A stretch of 64,000 nt of DNA from a bacterium (GTDB taxonomy: Bacteria > Electryoneota > JAOADG01): assembly GCA_963681965.1 (NCBI GenBank), contig OY820579.1, positions 1,664,001 to 1,728,000 of the forward strand. Direction: 5' to 3'. The notes under the pieces were generated by a model. That model saw only the letters and a program-made list of their open reading frames with translations, was not told the origin of the DNA and searched no databases. Every line of letters begins with the position of its first letter. Positions within the stretch are counted from its first letter, which is position 1. Below, piece after piece: positions 57,101 to 64,000 of the stretch. The position numbers and the translations under genes were made by a program.

Positions 57101-57958
57101 ATGGCAATAACTGCTAGCGTAGTCAAGGAATTGCGCGAGAAAACCGGCGCCGGAATGATGGATTGCAAAGCAGCCCTTGAAGCAACGGGCGGAAATTTCC
57201 AGGAAGCCGAAGACTGGTTACGGAAAAAGGGTATTTCTACTGCCGCCAAGAAGGCTGGTCGCGCTACCAGCGATGGTATCATTGCTGCCCGCTATTATCG
57301 GGACAATCGACGCGCCGTCATGGCTGAAGTAAACTGCGAAACCGATTTTGTGGCAAAGACGGAAGATTTCTCCAAGTTGGTCGATGTCGTCTGCGATACG
57401 ATCGACGGATTGCCAGCATTACCCGAGAAAGTCGAACAATTGCCATCGATCGTGGAAGAAGCACGAGCTACTTGTGTCGGGAAACTCGGTGAAAATATGG
57501 CAGTGCGACGGTTTGCACGGATCGATTTGACCGAACCGGGTAAAATTCAGATCTACATTCACACTGGCAACAAACTAGCAGTCGCAGTTGAATTGAATTC
57601 GACCAAGAGCGAAACCATTGCGAAAGCCGAATTCAACGAATTAGCTGCCGATGTCGCGATGCAGATTGCTGCAGCGACTCCGTCGTCAGTCGATCGTACC
57701 GGTTTGTCTCAGGCAACCATCGATCACGAAATGGAAATTGCACGTGAACAAGCGCGCGCAACCGGTAAGCCGGAAGCCGTGGTCGAGAAGATTGCCATTG
57801 GCAAGATGGAAAAGATCTATAGCGAATTTTGCTTGCTCGAACAACCGTACGTCAAAGACCCGAAACTTACCGTTCAGGATCATATCAATGCCGTTTCGAA
57901 GACGGTCGGCGATACGATTTCGGTTCGAAGTTTTCTGCGGTTCAAGATTGGCGAATAA
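57101..57958 (+). CDS. tsf: Elongation factor Ts
   Basis: VKELREKTGAGMMDCK...EVNCETDFVAK; start set at ATG 57101. Confidence 0.98.
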   Translation: MAITASVVKELREKTGAGMMDCKAALEATGGNFQEAEDWLRKKGISTAAKKAGRATSDGIIAARYYRDNRRAVMAEVNCETDFVAKTEDFSKLVDVVCDTIDGLPALPEKVEQLPSIVEEARATCVGKLGENMAVRRFARIDLTEPGKIQIYIHTGNKLAVAVELNSTKSETIAKAEFNELAADVAMQIAAATPSSVDRTGLSQATIDHEMEIAREQARATGKPEAVVEKIAIGKMEKIYSEFCLLEQPYVKDPKLTVQDHINAVSKTVGDTISVRSFLRFKIGE

Positions 57959-57977
57959 TCAGTTCGAAATTTATTTT

Positions 57978-58009
57978 AAAAAGCGGCGCCGTCGGTGCCG
58001 CTTTTTTTT
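57978..58009 (+). terminator. Intrinsic terminator
   Basis: aaaaagcggcgcc-gtc-ggtgccgctttttttt. Confidence 0.88.
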
Positions 58010-58107
58010 ATCAAAATTGATGTCTAGGGTTGCATCTGAAATGTTTGATGTGGTAAATTTAGATTGAATGATAATTATGTATGACATTATGGTATAGTGA
58101 GGTTACG

Positions 58108-61095
58108 ATGTTCCGCATATTCTCCACACTGGTACTCTTTCTTACGTTCGTGTTTTCAAGTTTCGCGCAATTCAACCAGAACCAATATCCGGTTCCGGGC
58201 GATTCGGTTGGGATCCCAGTTCATACTAGTTTGAACATCCAGCTCTTCAATAAGATTGTGGGTTGTAGCGATGGTGGTTGGTATTATCTCTGGACGACGA
58301 CCAACCGCAATGCGAAATCGCTTTATCTAAGTAAGATTGGTTGGAATGGCGATTCGCTGTGGTCTGCGACAGTATACTCGAGCGATTATTTTGTGTATCC
58401 GAACGATATCGAGACTTTGACGGATGGGGTCGCCATCGGATGGCAGGTGGAAGATTCGCTCCGCGGTCGAATCGCTTACGTCCAAAAATTCGGCAATACC
58501 GGTCAAATCGCATGGTCACAGCCCTATTCTCATCTTTTGAATCTGAATCGCTACGACGGTCCGCGTCTCTTTTCCGACAGTAGCGGTGGTTGTTATAGTT
58601 ACTTTTCCAATGCAGTCATTACACGATAATTATCTTCCGGTGCGATCGCGCCCGGTTTCAATGTCGATGGAAATAGTGTCCTGCCCGATTCGTTAGGGGG
58701 AGGTGGATCATTTTTGCTACCGGCTGTTTGTTCGGCAGGATCGAATGGCTGCTGGGTGGTTCAATCAACGTCGAGTGCTTTTTATCTCCAGCGCGTCAAC
58801 CCCGATGGATCACTCCGATGGAGTGTACCCAATCGGTACCCCTTTCCTGCATCATATCTCAGGTCCACGTTTAATTACTTCAAGATTTTGCAGGATGGTC
58901 GGAATGGATTCTATTTGTCGTTTGGCGATACAACGGACTTATATATCCAGCGCTTCGATCAAAACGGAACACCCTTGTGGTCAAATAATACGGTTGCATT
59001 CAGAGGATTACCTTATGGAAATCAAGAGATTGCGGGGTTTGAATTAGCCGCGCCCGATACTTTTTTCCTGCTTTTTCATAAAGATTCAGCTCACACCAGT
59101 CTCCATTTTGTTCAGAAAATAACCGGGATCGATAGTGCAAGTCTATTATGGGGAAACCGCGGTATCGCGGTAGTTGATTCCGAAATTCCTTTGGCATATG
59201 GGATGAGTTTAACCGCTGATGGAGCGGGTGGATGTATTACCGGAGGATTCTATTACGAATCGCGAACGATGTGCAATCGATATCGATTAATTCAAATTAG
59301 CAATAACAGCACCGGAGCAACTATTCGCAACTTTGATCTGGCAGCGTCGGTTCCTTACATCGTTACGAGTCTATGTTACTTCCAGCAAGGTCATTTGTTG
59401 GCACTTTGGCATGACAACCGTAGCGGTTATGCCGATGTCTATCGAACAGTATTCGATTCAACGATGACTCCCTTACCCGGTTTTGTTTCGACCGGCTTAC
59501 TTACTCGCAAAAATAGATGGGGAGTTAGTTATGAAAATATCACTGTCATCGATCCCGAACGGTTCATGGTGAGTTGGATTGAGCGAAAGGATAATTACTC
59601 ATCGCGATTTTTCTATTCGATTTACGAAACTGCGACCGGTCACCGGATCACAACCGATCCGAATGGAACATTTTTGCCTATTCTCGATTCTCTGCCCTAT
59701 AGCCAAAGTTTGAACACTGTAACTACCAGTGATGGCTGTGTCATGGTGATGGCAATCGATAACAGTATCTATTTAAGTAAAATCGACCGTAACGGTACTC
59801 GACTCTGGCATACAAGTTACGGAGCTACTTCGGCGGAAACCGCTATTTCTCCATTTAATTTTGTCTGCGCGGATCAGAACGGGGGAATCTATATCAGTTA
59901 TCGATATATGAGTTCAGACAATCCCAATCGATTGCACTTACAACATTTTTCTTCTACAGGTCAAAGATTATTGAGTCCGATGGGAGCAGTGCTTCCGGGC
60001 GTGCCGTTATCCTATACCGTTCCCCTCGTGCATAATAATCAGAAACTTTACACTGTGACAGGCGATCTTGAGACAGATAGATACCGGTTGCGGTTGTTGT
60101 GTTCGAATGAAAGCGGCGATACACTTTGGACGAGAGTAATTTGGTCCGCTCAAATCAGTTCTTTATATGAAATACCTCGGCCGAAATTAATCCCTTTACC
60201 AGATGGCGTTTCGATTCATTACTGTGATCGGTACGCCGATTCTACTTATTCGAATGTTTACGGTCAAAGATATCTCGAAAATGGAACACCAGTGTGGGGT
60301 GATCCCAGTATCGTTGTGGGTCGAACCCAATACTATCGATATTCAGCTGTTGGAACAAGCAATGCGATCTGGTATCTGATCCAAGATTCGATTAGTATGA
60401 TCGCTCGCAAAATCTTTCTTGACGGAAGAATCGCTTTCGGAGATACCGGAATTCGGCTACCGCGCTCGCTGTCAGAACTTAATATCAGTTATTTTGGTGC
60501 ACACAGCATTTATGCCGATCGCGACTCCGGGGTTTTTGTCGGTTGGTACGATCATCTCAATGATCGCCAACACAAGACCTACTTCACACATCTAAACTCC
60601 GACGGAAGTTATGCCGATCCGACCGTCTGGAATTACTATCATGCGGGAAGGGTTTCCGGTAGCCGTTCCGGGATGATCGGTGCCTATCCCGATCAACGAG
60701 GTGGGTTACTCCTGATCGATTTTTCTGAGGATTATGTTCCCGATAATCTGTCACGTGGAGAAATCTACATTCAACGCATTGCCGATCACACGACACTTGC
60801 CGTTCGGGAAAGTAATTCGAATGCGCTACCCGACGTATTCCGGCTGGATCAGAATTATCCGAATCCGTTCAATGCGGTCACTTCGATCCGTTATCATTTG
60901 TCGATCGAATCCAGTGTCGAGTTGCGGCTTTTCGATATTCAGGGACGGTTAGTACAGAATTTATTTAACAGTATTCAACAAGCGGGGGATTACCGGCTGC
61001 AATTCAACGCGCAACGGCTAGCATCCGGTACCTATTTCCTGCGAATGAATTCTGGTGACTTTTCGAAAGTGCGGAAGATCGTGCTATTGAAGTAG
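58108..61095 (+). pseudogene. ~995-codon secreted beta-propeller-like protein with T9SS-type CTD, broken by one in-frame TAA
   Basis: ORFs 58081..58629 and 58714..61095 are in the same frame, with 28 open codons between them. Signal peptide from ATG 58108; repeated Q(R/K)(F/V)xxxGxxxW and DGxGG units; DQNYPNPFNA. Confidence 0.8.
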
Positions 61096-61117
61096 ACATG
61101 GCAAAATCAAGGGAATC

Positions 61118-61146
61118 AAAAAAGGGCACCGGAGGTGCCCTTTTTT
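61118..61146. terminator. Bidirectional intrinsic terminator
   Basis: aaaaaagggcacc-gga-ggtgccctttttt. Confidence 0.9.
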
Positions 61147-61166
61147 CAAAATCGATTTTTTGGAAC

Positions 61167-61421
61167 TTAGGCTAAGCGATTCAAATGGGTGGCAAGAGCT
61201 GACTTGTGGTTGGCAGCCTTGTTCATATGGATAATGCCCTTGTGAACCAGTTTATCCAAAGTTGATGTGGCTTCCCGAATCAATGGCAAGGCTTCGTCCT
61301 TCGACTTGGACGCTAATGCTCTCTTTAAAGCACCCTTCATGACCGATTTGCCAGCGCGATTCTGGATATTTTCTTCTTTGGATGTTTTCATCCGCTTTTC
61401 GCATGATTTATGTTGTGGCAT
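61167..61421 (-). CDS. rpsT: 30S ribosomal protein S20
   Basis: MPQHKSCEKR...N...KS...DK...KGIIHMNKAANHKS. Confidence 0.95.
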   Translation of the reverse strand: MPQHKSCEKRMKTSKEENIQNRAGKSVMKGALKRALASKSKDEALPLIREATSTLDKLVHKGIIHMNKAANHKSALATHLNRLA

Positions 61422-61580
61422 TCCAAACCTCTAACCGTGAATCTAAAGCTATCTCTTTCAAAGCCACACAATATACACTCGGTTCAAATGGAGTGCAAGA
61501 GAGGCAGAGGTGCACATGTTAAGTATCGAATTTTAAGTTATATGTTCGAATACCTATCTTGCAGCGAAGGGAAGTGATTC

Positions 61581-62318
61581 ATGTCGATTGTCGATAGTAT
61601 TGTTGAACATATTCCCAATTCGGATACTAAAGTACTCGTTTTGACCGGAGCCGGGGTTTCTGCAGAATCGGGAGTGCCTACTTTCCGCGATCCGGAAGGG
61701 TATTGGTCGAAATATCGGTTCGAAGAGCTGGCTAGTCGCGACGGTTTTCTTAAAAATCCCGAACTTGTATTGAAATGGTATTCCGAACGTCGGAAAACGG
61801 TAGTTTCAGTGCAACCGAATCCCGGGCATTACGCGTTAGCTGAATGGGAACAATTGCTCTCCGAGTATACGTTGGCGACTCAGAACGTTGACGGATTGCA
61901 TGATCGAGCCGGATCGAAACGGGTAATCGCACTCCACGGTTCGATTCTATCCGACAAATGTTTTGACTGCGAAACCCCGTATCGCACTGAATTTGCTGAT
62001 GCAGAATATGCTAACCAGCGTTGTCCGTGCGGTGGTAGAATACGTCCAGCCGTGGTTTGGTTTGGTGAACAACTTCCGGAGGATGCGATTTACGAAGCCG
62101 AGCGGGCAGCAAGAATTTGTGAGGTTTGTGTCGTAATTGGTACGACGGGTGCAGTCTTTCCCGCAGCAGGATTGGCTTATTTGGCAAAACAACACGACGC
62201 TTTTCTAATTGAGATCAATCCAAATCTTACGGAATTAAGCCCGATTTGCGATTTACACTGGCGTGAAAAAGCAGGAGTCGCGTTACCGCAGTTGGTGGTT
62301 CATTGGAAAGCGCGCTAG
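61581..62318 (+). CDS. cobB: NAD-dependent protein deacylase (sirtuin)
   Basis: LTGAGVSAESGVPTFR, TQNVDGLH, LHG, RPAVVWFGE. Confidence 0.95.
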   Translation: MSIVDSIVEHIPNSDTKVLVLTGAGVSAESGVPTFRDPEGYWSKYRFEELASRDGFLKNPELVLKWYSERRKTVVSVQPNPGHYALAEWEQLLSEYTLATQNVDGLHDRAGSKRVIALHGSILSDKCFDCETPYRTEFADAEYANQRCPCGGRIRPAVVWFGEQLPEDAIYEAERAARICEVCVVIGTTGAVFPAAGLAYLAKQHDAFLIEINPNLTELSPICDLHWREKAGVALPQLVVHWKAR

Positions 62319-62538
62319 TCATACGTATCATTCGACTAATTGGAAGCCGCTCGAAAACAGTAGAACTAACTTGTTCGAAATAGTACATTAGTGACAGCAT
62401 GAATATCAATAGTACCTTACCCAATCAATGGATCGAATTTGCCAGGGAGATTTATCGTAGCTTGTAACCGAAATATTACGTAACTCGGATTGATCCGAAC
62501 CTAATGAGCAAAATTAATTATTCGGTGCAAAGGATACG

Positions 62539-64000
62539 ATGACCGGTAAACGATCCTTTTGGTTATTTCTTCTGCTGGCGTCAATGCTGACGTTCAATGG
62601 ATGTGCATATTACAATTACATCTACAATGCGAAGAAGAATTTTGACAAAGGGGTAAAGACCAAGAGTGCCGCGACAGTGCCACAAGGCGCTGGTCGTGCC
62701 GACTTCGATAAAGTGATCGATGGCTGCGCGACGATGCTGGAATTTTTTCCCGACTCGCGGTGGGTACCCGATGCGTTGCTCTTGATCGGAAAAGCCTATT
62801 ACGAAACCGACCAGTTCAGCAAAGCCGAGCGGAAGTTCGTCGAACTTGAAACCAACTATCCCAACCACCCACTAGTATCCGAAGCACACCTGCAAAAAGC
62901 ACGTTGCTGGCTAGCCTTGAAACGTACCCGAGAAGGTCGCAACTTACTCGCTTCATTACAATCGAATCCCGATCCCGCAGTCAACTATTCAGCCAAATTG
63001 ATCCTTGCCGAAGGGTTGCTCGCCGATTCTCTATTTGGAGAGGCACTCGAGCAGTTTAACAGTTTAAAGGGAAAAGCACCCGACAAAATTCTGGAAACCC
63101 GAAATACCGAAAAGCGGTTGGAATGCTTACTTCGGATCGATAAAAAACTGGATGCAATCGATGCAATCGGCGACCTTCTGAAAATGAAGGAATCGCGTGT
63201 GAAGCAACATGAATTGTTCATGAAACGTGCATCGCTTTGGTCACAAACCGGGCAGCAGAAGACGGCAATTGCCGATCTGGTGAAACTGGAGAAAAATTCC
63301 GACTTTCGGGTGCAACGAAATCGAACAAGAGCCGAATTGAGTATTGCCTATTTCACCGATGGCGATACAACCAAGGCACTTGAAATTTGGGATGATTTGC
63401 TGTCGACCGATAAAATTCATGGCGAAGAAACTTCCATTGCAGGATTATATCGCGGCAAGTTGATCTATTTCTCCGGCGGTATCGATTCCTTGTATAAAGC
63501 CGATTTTGAACGTTCTAAGCGCGATCGACCCGGCTCGATTTATGCTCAACAAGCCGATTCCTTGCTACAACGCATCTCCTGGTTAAAGACGATCGAAACC
63601 AAAAAGAGTACGGCATTAACACAAATCAATTTCCTGAATGATCTCTTGGTCGGTAATCCGGTTCCAGACTCGATTCAACATCGTTATCTAGTAAGGGCAA
63701 ATGGTCGTCCAACTTCCGTTGCCGATACTTCGCATCGATCGGAATCGGATAAGCTTGATAAATCACAAGTCGAAGATTCACAGTCCAAGCCTGATCAACC
63801 AAAAGAAAAAGATAAAGAGACTGAGAAGAACGGTGATGATCAAAAACTAACACTGCACAAATCGATTGCTCCTGATCCGATCAAAAAAGTTGGTGACGCT
63901 GCAAAAGCCGTTCCTGAGAAAATTGCATCGACCACGACGACAAAAGAAGCTTCCGCAATTTCGAGCAAGGGTAAATTGAGTAAAGAATCTGCCGAATCTT
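62539..64000 (+). CDS. TPR lipoprotein, SprE/PorW-like, 3'-truncated by the window (absent from the ORF track)
   Basis: Hand translation: MTGKRSFWLFLLLASMLTFNG-CAYYNYIYNAKKNF...FPDSRWVPDALLLIGKAYY; appears to run off the window end. Confidence 0.75.
   Translation, partial: MTGKRSFWLFLLLASMLTFNGCAYYNYIYNAKKNFDKGVKTKSAATVPQGAGRADFDKVIDGCATMLEFFPDSRWVPDALLLIGKAYYETDQFSKAERKFVELETNYPNHPLVSEAHLQKARCWLALKRTREGRNLLASLQSNPDPAVNYSAKLILAEGLLADSLFGEALEQFNSLKGKAPDKILETRNTEKRLECLLRIDKKLDAIDAIGDLLKMKESRVKQHELFMKRASLWSQTGQQKTAIADLVKLEKNSDFRVQRNRTRAELSIAYFTDGDTTKALEIWDDLLSTDKIHGEETSIAGLYRGKLIYFSGGIDSLYKADFERSKRDRPGSIYAQQADSLLQRISWLKTIETKKSTALTQINFLNDLLVGNPVPDSIQHRYLVRANGRPTSVADTSHRSESDKLDKSQVEDSQSKPDQPKEKDKETEKNGDDQKLTLHKSIAPDPIKKVGDAAKAVPEKIASTTTTKEASAISSKGKLSKESAES

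Noticed and set aside
15504-61095. Stop-codon reassignment or selenocysteine/pyrrolysine readthrough to explain in-frame stops
   Set aside because: The interruptions use TAA, TAG and TGA, and all three end ordinary genes in this window

Overview
Bacterial chromosomal window, most likely from a non-Bacteroidetes FCB-superphylum lineage. This is inferred from seven genes with T9SS-type 'YPNPFN/YPNPFS' C-terminal sorting domains plus PorV-like and SprE/PorW-like genes. Main contents: (1) an ~11.5 kb satellite-like element integrated in tRNA-His (46-bp att repeats, tyrosine integrase, NrS-1-like primase-polymerase/SF3 helicase, XRE). It carries a five-gene operon that looks like a non-canonical type III restriction-modification-like defence system: Mod methyltransferase, a Res helicase with no nuclease domain, two separately encoded Res/TnsA-like PD-(D/E)xK nucleases (one with a C-terminal membrane helix) and a RES-domain protein. 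(2) The tRNA-His lacks the usual G-1:C73 and has G1:U72/A73. (3) Three tandem paralogous secreted proteins, one a pseudogene. (4) A histidine ammonia-lyase with Ala-Cys-Gly in place of Ala-Ser-Gly, behind a long structured leader. (5) IS3 and IS630 insertions, each splitting a gene that can be reconstructed in frame. (6) A composite REP-like repeat patch. (7) Polysaccharide genes and housekeeping genes (metK, tag, rplM-rpsI-rpsB-tsf, rpsT, cobB). All calls come from reading motifs by eye; no searches were run.
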